Part shown: piece by piece, positions 25,283-34,756 of the stretch
How the letters are laid out: each line of letters begins with the position of its first letter
Numbering within the stretch: the stretch's first letter is position 1
NCBI GenBank assembly: GCA_964372775.1
Contig: CAYJRJ010000002.1
Span: forward strand, 1-61,763
From: an uncultured Planctomycetales bacterium
Lineage (GTDB): Bacteria; Omnitrophota; Gorgyraeia; Aquiviventales; Aquiviventaceae
DNA: 61,763 nt
Direction: 5' to 3'
Program-made: the position numbers and the translations under genes
The notes under the pieces: model-generated
The model's input: the letters and a program-made list of their open reading frames with translations, nothing else
What the model was told of the DNA's origin: nothing
Database searches by the model: none

Positions 25283-25356
25283 TGCCCCGTAGTGTAACGG
25301 TAGCACACGAGACTCTGGATCTCGGCGTCTTGGTTCGAATCCAAGCGGGGCAGCCA
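25283..25356 (+). tRNA. tRNA-Gln (anticodon CUG)
   Basis: Folded by hand. The acceptor stem is tgccccg/cggggca, the D stem gtgt/gcac and the anticodon stem cgaga/tctcg with loop cuCUGga. The T arm is cttgg-ttcgaat-ccaag, followed by an encoded GCCA tail. Confidence 0.9.
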
Positions 25357-25372
25357 ATTCCACATACCACGC

Positions 25373-26650
25373 ATGGAACAAGTTCCCGACATCACGTTTG
25401 AATCATTCAAGCTGCATCCGGATCTGCTCCGGGGCATTCGGGCGATCGGGTTCGTCCGCCCGACGCCGATCCAGGCGCAGGCGATTCCGCTCGTCATGGC
25501 TGGCCGCGATATGATCGGCTGCGCGCAGACCGGCACCGGCAAGACCGCGGCGTTCGTGCTGCCCATTCTCCACCGGCTGCTGAAGCAATCGGCATCGCCC
25601 CGCTTTCGCGTGCTGATCGTAGCACCCACCCGTGAGCTCGCACTCCAATCCATGGAGCACCTGAAAGCGCTCTCACGCTTCGTCCCCTTGAAGGGCGCGG
25701 CGATCTTCGGAGGCGTGCCGATGGAGTCGCAGATCGCAGCACTCGCTCATGGCGTGGACATCATTTCGGCGACGCCGGGCCGGCTGCTCGACCACACCTA
25801 CTCCGGCCGCATTGATTTTGGGAACATCGAGGTGGTCGTCCTCGATGAGGCGGACCGCATGCTCGACATGGGCTTTCTGCCCGATGTGAAGCGCATCCTC
25901 AGTTTCCTGCCTATGAGGCGCCAAAACCTGTTGTTCTCGGCCACGATGCCGCCGGCGATTCTCGAGCTGACCAAGGAGTTTCTGATCAATCCGGCGATGA
26001 TCCAGATCGGCCAGCGCCAGTTGCCTGCCGAGGGCGTGCGCCAGGCGCTCTATCCCGTCTCGCGCAACCGAAAGATTGATCTGCTCGCAGAATTGCTGCG
26101 CCAGGAAGGCACCGAGTCGGTGCTGGTGTTCACCCGCACGAAGCACTTTGCCGACCGCCTGACCGACACGCTGCGCGAGCGGGGATTCAAAGTGTCCGTC
26201 CTGCACGGCGACCGCAGCCAGAGCCAGCGGCTGCGAGCGCTCGACCATTTCCGCAAGGGGCGCAGCCAGGTCATGGTGGCCACCGACGTGGCGGCGCGCG
26301 GCATCGACATCGAAGACATCAGCCACGTGATCAACTTCGACGTGCCCAACACCCCGGAAGACTACATTCACCGGATCGGCCGCACGGCGCGCGCTGAGGC
26401 CACCGGGGACGCCTTCACGCTCGTCGATCCCTCGGAGGAGCCGCAGATCGAGGCCATCGAGAAGATGCTCTCGCGCACGCTGCCGCGCGTGACGCTGCCG
26501 GGTTTCCAGGTGCCTGATCGGTTGTCGCACCCCCCGCGCCACCCGCACCATCCACCGCGGCATCAGCCTCCCCAGCACGGCCCGCAGAAGCACCGCAGGC
26601 GCGAGGGATCCCATTCGGCGCATCACGGTCATCACAGGAGGAGACCATGA
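25373..26650 (+). CDS. DEAD-box ATP-dependent RNA helicase (RhlE-like) with His/Pro/Arg-rich tail
   Basis: A Q-motif region, AQTGTGKT, DEAD (VLDEADRM), SAT and HRIGRTAR are present. Confidence 0.92.
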   Translation: MEQVPDITFESFKLHPDLLRGIRAIGFVRPTPIQAQAIPLVMAGRDMIGCAQTGTGKTAAFVLPILHRLLKQSASPRFRVLIVAPTRELALQSMEHLKALSRFVPLKGAAIFGGVPMESQIAALAHGVDIISATPGRLLDHTYSGRIDFGNIEVVVLDEADRMLDMGFLPDVKRILSFLPMRRQNLLFSATMPPAILELTKEFLINPAMIQIGQRQLPAEGVRQALYPVSRNRKIDLLAELLRQEGTESVLVFTRTKHFADRLTDTLRERGFKVSVLHGDRSQSQRLRALDHFRKGRSQVMVATDVAARGIDIEDISHVINFDVPNTPEDYIHRIGRTARAEATGDAFTLVDPSEEPQIEAIEKMLSRTLPRVTLPGFQVPDRLSHPPRHPHHPPRHQPPQHGPQKHRRREGSHSAHHGHHRRRP

Positions 26651-28308
26651 CATACGCGTGGCTCGCGGTGTGGAGCGTGCTTGGCCTGGCGGTCAGTGCG
26701 GATGCGGCGGAATCCCGGCGTGTGGAATCCCGGATTGGCGCGGTGACGGTGTTTCCCGATCGCGCCGGCATCACGCGCACTACCTCGCTCAATCTCTCGG
26801 CAGGGTCCCAGACGATCGAGTTCGCGCCGCTGCCCAGCCACGTGGAGCCAGCCTCAGTGACGGCCAAGGGCAGTGGTAAGGCCGAGGTCACACTCTACGG
26901 CGTCCGCCTGGTCACAAAACAGCTTGAAACCGCCCAGGATCCGAAGGTCAAGTCAATCGAAGAGGCGATTCGCAACGTCGGGCGCCGCCAGCAGCAGCTG
27001 CGCGACGTCAAGCAGGTGCTGGAGAAAGAGCGCAAGTACTTGGCTTCCATCCAGGCGGCGTCGAGCGAGCAGATCGGCAAGGATCTGATCACCAAGTCCC
27101 CGAGCGCGGAGGATGCCGAGAAGCTGCTCGCGTTTCTCGATGGCGCGCTCCTGAAGAATTTCGAGCGGGATCAGGAGGCCGATGAGAAGCTCGAGGAGCT
27201 GACTCGAGAGCTCGACCGGCTGCAGCGCGAGCTCGCCCAGCTCACCCAGGGGCGCTACAAGCAAGAGACGGCCATCCTCGTGGACTTGGATGTGACGGAC
27301 GACGGGAGTTTTGAGTTGGAGGTCTCCTACCGTGTGCCAGGTGCGACGTGGTCGCCGGCCTATGAAGCGCGCGCGACCACCGGCGTCGAGGCGGTGGATT
27401 TGTCCACCTCTGCGCTGGTGCGCCAGCAGACCGGTGAGGATTGGGGCGGCGTGCAGTTGACGCTCTCAACCGCCAAACCTGCGGTTGCCGGCTCGATGCC
27501 GGAGCTGGAGCCGTGGTTCTTGCGGCCATGGGAGCCGGTCTATCGCGGCGCTGAGCTAGACAAACTTGAGATGCCAGCTACCAAGGGATCACGGCTGAAG
27601 GCTTACAGTACCGTCGGGGACGCGGCGGCTCCTCCTGCACAGGAGAGAGAGCTGCAAGAAGGATTCGCAACCGTGGACACGCAGGGCCCAGCCGTGACGT
27701 TCCGGCTGCCGCGCGCCGCCTCGATTCCATCGGACTGGCAGCCGCACAAGGTGCCGATTGCTTCGCAGCAGTTTGCGGCGAGCGTGGCTTATGAGGCGAC
27801 GCCGAAATCGATGCCCTACGCGTTTCTGCGCGCCAAGGTCACCAACGTCACCGACTCGATGTACCTCGCCGGGCCGGTGTCCGTGTTCCTGGACGGCGCG
27901 TTCATCGCGACCGCCTCGCTCAAGCAGATCGCGCCGAAGGAGGAGTTCGATCTCTACCTTGGCGTTGACGAGCGCGTCAAGGTGGAGCGCAAGCAGCTCA
28001 AGGCGCACGAGGAGGTCAGCTTGCTGCCGGGCCTGCGGGGCAAGACCAAGTCCACCGACTATGAGTTCCTCACGACCATCGAAAACTTTACCGGCCGCAA
28101 GATCAGTGTGACCGTGTTCGATCAGCTGCCGGTGTCCGAACGTGAGGAGATCGTGGTCGAAGCCATTCGTCAGCTGCCCCGCGAGGTGGAAAAGGACAAG
28201 GAAAAGCCCGGCGTCTTTCGCTGGGCGCTCGACTTAGGCCCCAATCAGAGACAAGAATTGACGTTGGCGTATCGCATTCGGCATCCGGTGGACCTGCAGG
28301 TGCAGTAA
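26647..28308 (+). CDS. DUF4140/DUF4139 (MuiA-like) secreted protein
   Basis: Signal peptide, then VTVFPDRAGITR, a long central coiled coil, and a C-terminal DUF4139-like region. ATGA overlap with the helicase stop. Confidence 0.65.
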   Translation: MTYAWLAVWSVLGLAVSADAAESRRVESRIGAVTVFPDRAGITRTTSLNLSAGSQTIEFAPLPSHVEPASVTAKGSGKAEVTLYGVRLVTKQLETAQDPKVKSIEEAIRNVGRRQQQLRDVKQVLEKERKYLASIQAASSEQIGKDLITKSPSAEDAEKLLAFLDGALLKNFERDQEADEKLEELTRELDRLQRELAQLTQGRYKQETAILVDLDVTDDGSFELEVSYRVPGATWSPAYEARATTGVEAVDLSTSALVRQQTGEDWGGVQLTLSTAKPAVAGSMPELEPWFLRPWEPVYRGAELDKLEMPATKGSRLKAYSTVGDAAAPPAQERELQEGFATVDTQGPAVTFRLPRAASIPSDWQPHKVPIASQQFAASVAYEATPKSMPYAFLRAKVTNVTDSMYLAGPVSVFLDGAFIATASLKQIAPKEEFDLYLGVDERVKVERKQLKAHEEVSLLPGLRGKTKSTDYEFLTTIENFTGRKISVTVFDQLPVSEREEIVVEAIRQLPREVEKDKEKPGVFRWALDLGPNQRQELTLAYRIRHPVDLQVQ

Positions 28309-28334
28309 CACGAGTCAACTTTAGGGAGTGTGCC

Positions 28335-28745
28335 ATGGCGCAGCAGCAGCGGGGTGATGCGGCGTTGGCGTGGTTGAGGATCCTCATGGGGGTGAGTATC
28401 GCCACCCATGGGTACCAGAAGATCTTTGGCGGGGGCATCGAAGGATTTGCGCAGGGCGTCGCGCAGATGGGCTTTCCACTACCGGTGGTGTTTGCCTGGG
28501 CCGCCGCCCTATCGGAGTTCGCAGGCGGGTTGTGCGTTGCGGCGGGCTTCGGCACGCGGGTGGCCGCCTTCTTCGTCTTCTGCACGATGTCGGTGGCGCT
28601 CTTTATTGCCCACGCGAAGGATCCGTTTCGCACCAAGGAACTGGCGTACCTCTACTGGACGATTGCCAGCACGCTCATCCTCTTAGGCGGCGGCCGCTTC
28701 AGCGTCGACGCGCTCTTGGACAAGGGACGGTCCTCCCAAAAGTGA
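28335..28745 (+). CDS. DoxX family membrane protein
   Basis: LRILMGVSIATHGYQKIFGG and 4 TM helices are typical of DoxX. Confidence 0.8.
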   Translation: MAQQQRGDAALAWLRILMGVSIATHGYQKIFGGGIEGFAQGVAQMGFPLPVVFAWAAALSEFAGGLCVAAGFGTRVAAFFVFCTMSVALFIAHAKDPFRTKELAYLYWTIASTLILLGGGRFSVDALLDKGRSSQK

Positions 28746-28799
28746 GTGGAAAACCGCCGAGGCTCGTGTCATCATGGAGGCAATCACAGGAGGTGTGGG

Positions 28800-29042
28800 A
28801 TGACCGGAGGCAAAGGCTGTGCGATCTGCAACGTCGCGGGCGGGCTCGTGATTATCGGGGCGCTCAACTGGGGTGCGATCGGCATGTTCAACGTGGATCT
28901 GGTGGCGCAGCTGTTCGGCGGGCCGTCCGCCGGAGGCGCGCGGGCTCTCTACGCGCTCGTGGGTGTGGCCGGCGTGCTCAAGTTGCTCTCCTGCTTTAAA
29001 CTCTGCCCCTGCCAGAAGCAGGGCTGTGAGACGAAGAAATAA
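28800..29042 (+). CDS. DUF378 small membrane protein
   Basis: LVIIGALNWGAIGMFNVDLVAQLFG is the DUF378 signature. Confidence 0.75.
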   Translation: MTGGKGCAICNVAGGLVIIGALNWGAIGMFNVDLVAQLFGGPSAGGARALYALVGVAGVLKLLSCFKLCPCQKQGCETKK

Positions 29043-29131
29043 CATCGCCGTCATCCCGCCACATATTTCAGCCGGCTGAGGGCGAAGTCCTCAAGCTCGG
29101 ACCTCCCGCGGCCGGCGACATCGTCCTCAAG

Positions 29132-29878
29132 GTGGACCCACGCAAGGCCGGGTCCGCGTTTGCGGTAGGCACGCAGACGCTGCTGCCCGGCGCCGAAGTC
29201 CCCTCGCACCGCCATCTCTATCAGGACGAGGTGCTGTTTATCCATAAAGGGCAGGGCCGGGCAACGGTGGAGGGGCGCGGCCTGACGGTGGTGCCCGGCG
29301 TCATGGTGTACGTGCCCCGACAGGTGTGGCACAGTCTGCGCAACAACGGCACTGGCGTGCTCCACTTCACCTGGACGGTGGCACCCCCTGGCATCGAGGA
29401 GTTTTTCCGCGAGCTCTCAAAACTGGGCGCATCTCCTGGCGCCGACGCGCTTCAAGCGCTTGGACAACGCTATGGGGTAGAGTTTGGCAAGGGGGAAGCG
29501 TCCGCGGTCGCCCCGGCGGCCGCCGGAATCGCTGCGTCGAGCCCCAAAACCGGTCACGGCCGCCGCAGGCGGCATCGGCGCGGCCGTGGAGTTCGCGCCG
29601 GACAGCCGGCACCAGCGCCAGCAGCACCACCGCCGGCCTCTTCGTCTGCGCCGTCGGTACGTCCCGCGCCGTCTGCACAGGCTGCCAAACCACAACGCAG
29701 CCGCGACCAGGGTCAGCCGCGGCGGGGCCGCGGCCGGCGGGTCAAGGAAGTGTATATGGGCGGGCGTTGGGTGCCGGTGAGCGGGGAAGGTCCGGTCATC
29801 GCGCCTGGCCGGGAGCGGCCGAAGCGCGGTCGCGGGGATGAGGGCACGCCCTCCGGTCCCCTGAGCGTTCCGCTGTAG
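29132..29878 (+). CDS. cupin-domain protein with long Arg/Pro/Ala-rich C-terminal tail
   Basis: The cupin motifs PGAEVPSHRHLYQDEVLFIHKGQG and VYVPRQVWHSLRN are present. The GTG start comes from the ORF track, but cupin-like sequence continues upstream to the stop at 29039-29041 without an ATG, GTG or TTG. Confidence 0.65.
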   Translation: MDPRKAGSAFAVGTQTLLPGAEVPSHRHLYQDEVLFIHKGQGRATVEGRGLTVVPGVMVYVPRQVWHSLRNNGTGVLHFTWTVAPPGIEEFFRELSKLGASPGADALQALGQRYGVEFGKGEASAVAPAAAGIAASSPKTGHGRRRRHRRGRGVRAGQPAPAPAAPPPASSSAPSVRPAPSAQAAKPQRSRDQGQPRRGRGRRVKEVYMGGRWVPVSGEGPVIAPGRERPKRGRGDEGTPSGPLSVPL

Positions 29879-29901
29879 CGTCGGTGTCACGCCTTGGCAG
29901 T

Positions 29902-30267
29902 ATGGTCTTAGCATGCTGGATCGGGCTGGCCATCTGGATCAGCGACCAGTGGGCCTGGCTGGTGCCCGCACTCATCGGTGTGATCCTCGGGTTGTCGCTT
30001 GAGCGCGCGAGACGGTCGCAGCGACGCCAGCCGCGCGGGTTCCCGCCCAGTGAGCTCGGCCCGCTATTGATCCTGTCGAGTTTCGCGTATCTGTATGTCG
30101 TCTTCTTGATTTTTGTCATGGGGAGGGAGTCCCGATCGGTCCTCGGGTTAGTGCTCGGCATCCTGTGCTTGACACTGGCGCTGGGACTCATGATCATCAG
30201 GTGGTGGAAAGGGACCGTTCCTGCTTGGGTGTCCCGCGTGTGGGAAGCGCTGCTCAAGGAGTGGTGA
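29902..30267 (+). CDS. hypothetical 4-TM membrane protein
   Basis: The ORF has hydrophobic segments. The start is either ATG 29902 or GTG 29884. No family recognised. Confidence 0.45.
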   Translation: MVLACWIGLAIWISDQWAWLVPALIGVILGLSLERARRSQRRQPRGFPPSELGPLLILSSFAYLYVVFLIFVMGRESRSVLGLVLGILCLTLALGLMIIRWWKGTVPAWVSRVWEALLKEW

Positions 30268-30270
30268 TCG

Positions 30271-30378
30271 ATGGCTGAAGTGCGCAGCATCCTGATTGCG
30301 CTCGTGGCGCTGATCGTCGGGCTCCTGGTCATCGGCTGGGCCTACGGAGATTTCCGCCAGCCCAAGCGTCCCGCCTGA
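30271..30378 (+). CDS. possible 35-aa single-TM peptide
   Basis: The ORF encodes MAEVRSILIALVALIVGLLVIGWAYGDFRQPKRPA and starts 4 nt after the previous stop. It is below the ORF-track size cutoff. Confidence 0.3.
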   Translation: MAEVRSILIALVALIVGLLVIGWAYGDFRQPKRPA

Positions 30379-30403
30379 CCTCGCGCGCATCATTACGCTT
30401 GCG

Positions 30404-31603
30404 ATGGGCCGACAGCACTTCCGCATTATTCCCCTCCTGCTCTCAGTGCTTCTCACCCTCGCGCTGCTCGAGCTGGGGCTGCGGGTGTTCTGGGTCAAGC
30501 ACCTGGTGCTCGGTGCCGGCATTGAACATCCGCACTTTCATCACCGCCTGAAACCGTCCCAAGACCATCATTACTTTTCCGACGAGTTCGACGTGACCAT
30601 CCGCACGAACCGCTATGGGCTGCGCGGCTCGGACCCGGTCCTTCCGAAGCCGCCCGGCGTCGTCCGCATCCTCATGCTGGGCGATTCGTTTACCTTTGGA
30701 TTTCCTGTGAAAGATGAGGAGACGTTCTCGGCACTCATTGAGCAGGGTCTGCGGGCACGCGGCTACCCAGTGGAAGTGGTGAACGGTGGGGTTTCTGGAT
30801 ATTCACCGACGCTCCACTACATCTCGCTCCGGGATGAGTTCCTGACCTTTGAACCGGATCTCGTCATCCTCTGGTACGATCTCGGCGATCTGCAGGAGGA
30901 CCACTGGTTTCAGAAAAACCTGCTCTACGATGCGCAGGGACGCATTGTACGTTGCGACCCGCGCTTCGTGAACGGCCGGTTCTCCTGGCTTGAGTGGGGC
31001 AGGACTCACAGCGCCCTGGCGAAGTACCTGCAGAACAAGCTGTTCAATACGGTGAGAAAGATTCGGACGTTGGGACTCGTGGAGTATGTCAAGACGAAGC
31101 TGCGCGGCGAGCGATCGAAGGTGGCGATCGCGCGCCTCAAAGCCGCCCAACACGCCAAGGACTTGGGAGAGCACGACCGATTTCTCCTCGTCAGGGAGTC
31201 CTCGACGCCGGAGCGCGTCGCGCCGTATTGGGCGCTCAGCGCGCGCTACCTTCACATGATCCACGCACTGCTGGAGGAGCGAGGCATTCCTTTCGTCATC
31301 GGCATCTATCCCTACGGGATGCTGGTTGGCCCTAATCAGTGGGCCCAGGGCAGGACGTTCTGGGGATTTGAGCGAGGCAAGGTCTATGACGCACCGGCGG
31401 CGATCGCGCTGTTCGAACAATTTTCATCGCAGGAGCGGGTTCCGCTCATCAACACCTTTGCGAGCTTCCGCAACGCCGCCTCAGAAAAGCTGTTCTACGA
31501 TGGGGACGGCCACATGACGCCCGCCGGCCATCGAACGCTTGCCACCCACGCACTGCAAGATCGGCGCCTGCTTGAGCTAGTAAAACGAGCGAGCTCTCGT
31601 TGA
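30404..31603 (+). CDS. SGNH/GDSL-family hydrolase (membrane-anchored)
   Basis: N-terminal TM helix, block I MLGDSFTFG, block III VNGGVSGYS and block V DGDGHMTPAGH. Confidence 0.75.
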   Translation: MGRQHFRIIPLLLSVLLTLALLELGLRVFWVKHLVLGAGIEHPHFHHRLKPSQDHHYFSDEFDVTIRTNRYGLRGSDPVLPKPPGVVRILMLGDSFTFGFPVKDEETFSALIEQGLRARGYPVEVVNGGVSGYSPTLHYISLRDEFLTFEPDLVILWYDLGDLQEDHWFQKNLLYDAQGRIVRCDPRFVNGRFSWLEWGRTHSALAKYLQNKLFNTVRKIRTLGLVEYVKTKLRGERSKVAIARLKAAQHAKDLGEHDRFLLVRESSTPERVAPYWALSARYLHMIHALLEERGIPFVIGIYPYGMLVGPNQWAQGRTFWGFERGKVYDAPAAIALFEQFSSQERVPLINTFASFRNAASEKLFYDGDGHMTPAGHRTLATHALQDRRLLELVKRASSR

Positions 31604-31615
31604 GGTGACGACCAC

Positions 31616-32332
31616 ATGAAAAAAGCTCTGGCTCGTAAGCTACGTTTTCTGCTGGTGTATCCCTTGTTCATCTGGCTGTTGATTGCGGGCTACACGACCG
31701 AGCGGCACCTGCATCTTGGTATCGGGCTGGTGGTCCTTGGAGAGCTGCTGCGCCTCTGGGCTGACGGCTACGTGGGTCACGTCAAAGTCAACTGGACGCA
31801 GAAATGGCGCGGCGATCAAAAGATCGGCGCGCTCGTCACCGCCGGTCCGTATGCCTTCGTCCGGCATCCGCTCTATTTGGGGACGTTTCTCATCGGGTCG
31901 GGCTTCTGTCTCATCGCCGGTCACCTGGGGGTGAGCTTGGCGGCGTTGGGGTTCTTCCTCATCGTATACCGCCGCAAAATGGCTCAAGAGGAGATTCTGC
32001 TGCGTGACGAGGTGGGCACCCCCTTCATGGTGTACCAGGCCGCGGTTCCCCGCTGGCTACCGACCGGGGTGCGCTACCCCAACCGCCAGGGGCGGTGGAG
32101 CTGGGAAGGTGTGCGCGCCAGCAAGGAGTGGAAGACGCTCATCTGGGTCGTGGTAGTGATCATCACCCTGTACCTCCGGGAGGAGATTGTGCAGGAGCAT
32201 GAGTTCTTTCCGCCAGGCGAGTGGGTGAAGCACGTCCTCTTGCTGATCATCGCTCTTTTCCTTATCCTGACCGATGGCATGCTCGAGCTCATCTCTCGTC
32301 GCAAACGCGTTCATGCGCCATCCACATCATAG
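31616..32332 (+). CDS. isoprenylcysteine carboxyl methyltransferase (ICMT/PEMT) family membrane protein
   Basis: LVTAGPYAFVRHPLYLG...E..L is the family signature. The protein is polytopic. Confidence 0.75.
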   Translation: MKKALARKLRFLLVYPLFIWLLIAGYTTERHLHLGIGLVVLGELLRLWADGYVGHVKVNWTQKWRGDQKIGALVTAGPYAFVRHPLYLGTFLIGSGFCLIAGHLGVSLAALGFFLIVYRRKMAQEEILLRDEVGTPFMVYQAAVPRWLPTGVRYPNRQGRWSWEGVRASKEWKTLIWVVVVIITLYLREEIVQEHEFFPPGEWVKHVLLLIIALFLILTDGMLELISRRKRVHAPSTS

Positions 32333-32426
32333 GATGAAGTGCCTGCCCGCGTTGTTGCGGATTGGGACGTTGATTGGCGGGAATTCGCAGTCAGGGGATA
32401 CGATACTAAATTCCTGAGAGTTCAGC

Positions 32427-33383
32427 ATGATGTCCCCAACACCTATGGACACACGCACGCCCGTCCGGCAGATCAAGAAGGTGTGGAAGAGCATCCCGAC
32501 GATGGAGGGAGCCGGGGTGCGCCTCAAGCGCGTGTTTGGCTTCCACGAAGTGCCACAGCTGGACCCGTTTTTGCTGCTCGACTGCTTCCATTCCGACAAC
32601 CGCGACGACTACATGAAGGGCTTCCCATGGCACCCGCATCGCGGGATTGAGACCATCACCTACGTCCTTGACGGTGATGTGGAGCATCAGGACAGCCTGG
32701 GCAACCGCGGGGTCATCCGCCCTGGCGATGTGCAATGGATGACGGCGGGCAGCGGCATTATCCACCAGGAGATGCCGCAGGGCAGTCCGAAAGGCCGAAT
32801 GTGGGGGTTCCAGTTGTGGGCGAATCTGCCCAGGGCTGACAAGATGATGGACCCCCGTTACCGGGAGGTGACGTCCAAGCAAATTCCAGCGGTCAAGACG
32901 GCTGAGGGAGCGACGGTGCGGATCATCTGCGGACGGCTCGGGGAGGTGGAGGGGCCGGTGCGGGAAATTGTGACCGACCCGGAATATCTTGACGTATCGC
33001 TGCCGGCCGGTACATCATTCACGCACTCGGTGAAGCCCGGGTACACCGTCTTTGCCTATGTCGTGGAAGGCGAGGCGCACTTCGACCCTGGGCGCAACCC
33101 TTTCGACCGCGAGGCCATCGGCCAGAGCTACTTTGATATGCAGGCGTCGTGCCTCTGCGCGGAGGGCGACATCGCCCTGTATGAAACCGCCGGCGATACC
33201 GTGCTCGTGACGACCGAGAAGCAGCCGGTTCGCTTTCTGCTGATCTCCGGCAAGCCGCTGAAGGAGCCGGTCGCCTGGTACGGCCCGATCGTCATGAACA
33301 CCAAAGAGGAGCTCAAGACCGCCTTTCAGGAGTTTGAAGCCGGGACGTTCATCAAGCAGGCAAGGCCCGCTCATGCCGCGTGA
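32427..33383 (+). CDS. pirin family protein
   Basis: FPWHPHRGIETITYVLDGDVEHQDSLGN and MTAGSGIIHQE are pirin N-domain motifs. Confidence 0.9.
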   Translation: MMSPTPMDTRTPVRQIKKVWKSIPTMEGAGVRLKRVFGFHEVPQLDPFLLLDCFHSDNRDDYMKGFPWHPHRGIETITYVLDGDVEHQDSLGNRGVIRPGDVQWMTAGSGIIHQEMPQGSPKGRMWGFQLWANLPRADKMMDPRYREVTSKQIPAVKTAEGATVRIICGRLGEVEGPVREIVTDPEYLDVSLPAGTSFTHSVKPGYTVFAYVVEGEAHFDPGRNPFDREAIGQSYFDMQASCLCAEGDIALYETAGDTVLVTTEKQPVRFLLISGKPLKEPVAWYGPIVMNTKEELKTAFQEFEAGTFIKQARPAHAA

Positions 33384-33627
33384 TCCGGTCATCCTGTGGG
33401 TCGTCGTGGGTCTGAAGGCCACCGCAGCCGCTACGTTCCTCTTCGGCGTGTGGAGTGGCCTGCGCCCCGGCCAGTCGATTGCGCTGTATCAAGCGATCAT
33501 GCGGGCGTTCAATTGGCGGGTCGAGCCGATCGACCGGCCGCGGGAGCTGCTGACGACGCGCTGGCTCGGCGCGCTGCTGGCTGTGTGCAGCATCCTGATC
33601 ATGCTGCTGCTGCGGGACAAGAAGTAG
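33373..33627 (+). CDS. small 2-TM membrane protein, unknown function
   Basis: ATG 33373 overlaps the end of the pirin gene. Two hydrophobic helices are present. Confidence 0.4.
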   Translation: MPRDPVILWVVVGLKATAAATFLFGVWSGLRPGQSIALYQAIMRAFNWRVEPIDRPRELLTTRWLGALLAVCSILIMLLLRDKK

Positions 33628-33629
33628 TA

Positions 33630-34256
33630 ATGGAGCTGATCCGGCTGCTGATCAGCGCGCCCCAGCTCTTTCTCCTGTTGGCGGTGCCGCTGTTGTATTC
33701 CGTCATCGCGCATGAAGTGGCGCATGGCTTCTGCGCGAGGGCCTTCGGCGATCAGACCGCCCAGCGCGCCGGGCGGTTGACCCTCAACCCCCTGCCCCAT
33801 CTGGACCCGGTAGGCTTGCTCATGCTGTTGTTCGTGGGGTTCGGCTGGGCCAGGCCGGTGCCGGTGAGCTATGGGAGCCTGCGGCCGTTGCGTGCGGGCA
33901 TTTTCTGCGTAGCACTAGCCGGCTGCGCAACGAACATCCTCCTCGCCGGGCTGGCACTCCTGGCGCTGCAGGCACACGTGGTCAGCCCGGAATCGATGCC
34001 GGCCACCGTGCTCCTGATTGTGGCGCGGATCAATCTCATCCTCGGGGCGTTCAACCTGATTCCGATCCCGCCGCTGGACGGCTCGCGAATTCTCCTGAGC
34101 CTACTGCCTCCGGAAGGTCAGCGGGCCCTGCTGAGGCTTGAGCGTTACGGGTTCATGATGCTGATTCTGCTGCTGGTCAGCGGCCTGTTGGACCCAGTGA
34201 TCCGGGGGATGGAGCAGGCCGTCCTCTGGCTCGTCGGCCTCTTGTTGGCCATATGA
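33630..34256 (+). CDS. site-2 protease family (M50) membrane metallopeptidase
   Basis: HEVAHG (HExxH), LNPLPHLDP and NLIPIPPLDGSRIL are present. Confidence 0.85.
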   Translation: MELIRLLISAPQLFLLLAVPLLYSVIAHEVAHGFCARAFGDQTAQRAGRLTLNPLPHLDPVGLLMLLFVGFGWARPVPVSYGSLRPLRAGIFCVALAGCATNILLAGLALLALQAHVVSPESMPATVLLIVARINLILGAFNLIPIPPLDGSRILLSLLPPEGQRALLRLERYGFMMLILLLVSGLLDPVIRGMEQAVLWLVGLLLAI

Positions 34257-34354
34257 AGAGATCCGATTTTGTCGAGTATGTGGTGCAGGACGCGCTGTCA
34301 GAGCTTCACGGCGTTCGAGCCCGGGCGATGTTTGGCGGCTGGGGAAAAGGGTGA
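34253..34354 (+). pseudogene. truncated TfoX-N-terminal-domain fragment (33 codons)
   Basis: MKRSDFVEYVVQDALSELHGVRARAMFGGWGKG* carries the TfoX_N RxMFGGxG motif, then stops where full-length proteins continue. ATGA overlap with the M50 stop. Confidence 0.5.
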
Positions 34355-34438
34355 GGGATTTGAATTCAAGAGCCTACAATGCTGTAGGCTACCGAAGTGA
34401 AGAAAGGTGCCAACCATCGAAGGGCAGGCATTTCCTAG

Positions 34439-34756
34439 ATGAAGAAGCGTCTCGCGGTCATTACGTATGGCTGTTCCCTCGTCGGAGATCTCAGCCCTCG
34501 GCTTCGATCGAATGAAGAGCTACTCTAAGCTAAGTGTGGAAGGGTATTCTGGCTGCCACCTCGTCGGAGGTCTCCGCCTTGGGCGTCGACTCCTCCTCGG
34601 TATCAACCGTAGGTCTGGAGTGAGGATGGTCGCCAGATGAGCAAAACCATCTTTCTCCAGACCTACGGGTGTTCCCTCGTCGGAGATCTCGGGCTTCGCC
34701 CTCGACTCCTCCTCGGGATCACCCATAAGTTTGCGGTGGGGATGGTCCTAAGATGA
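34439..34756 (+). promoter_or_regulatory. miaB leader: three short ORFs (A 34439-34528, B 34512-34640, C 34637-34756) with hairpins enclosing each SD/ATG
   Basis: The last two units have a 116-nt period. ORF C repeats the MiaB N-terminus MSKTIFLQTYGC. B/C and C/miaB are joined by ATGA. Perfect stems lie at 34607-34620/34655-34668 and 34722-34734/34773-34785. Confidence 0.7.
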
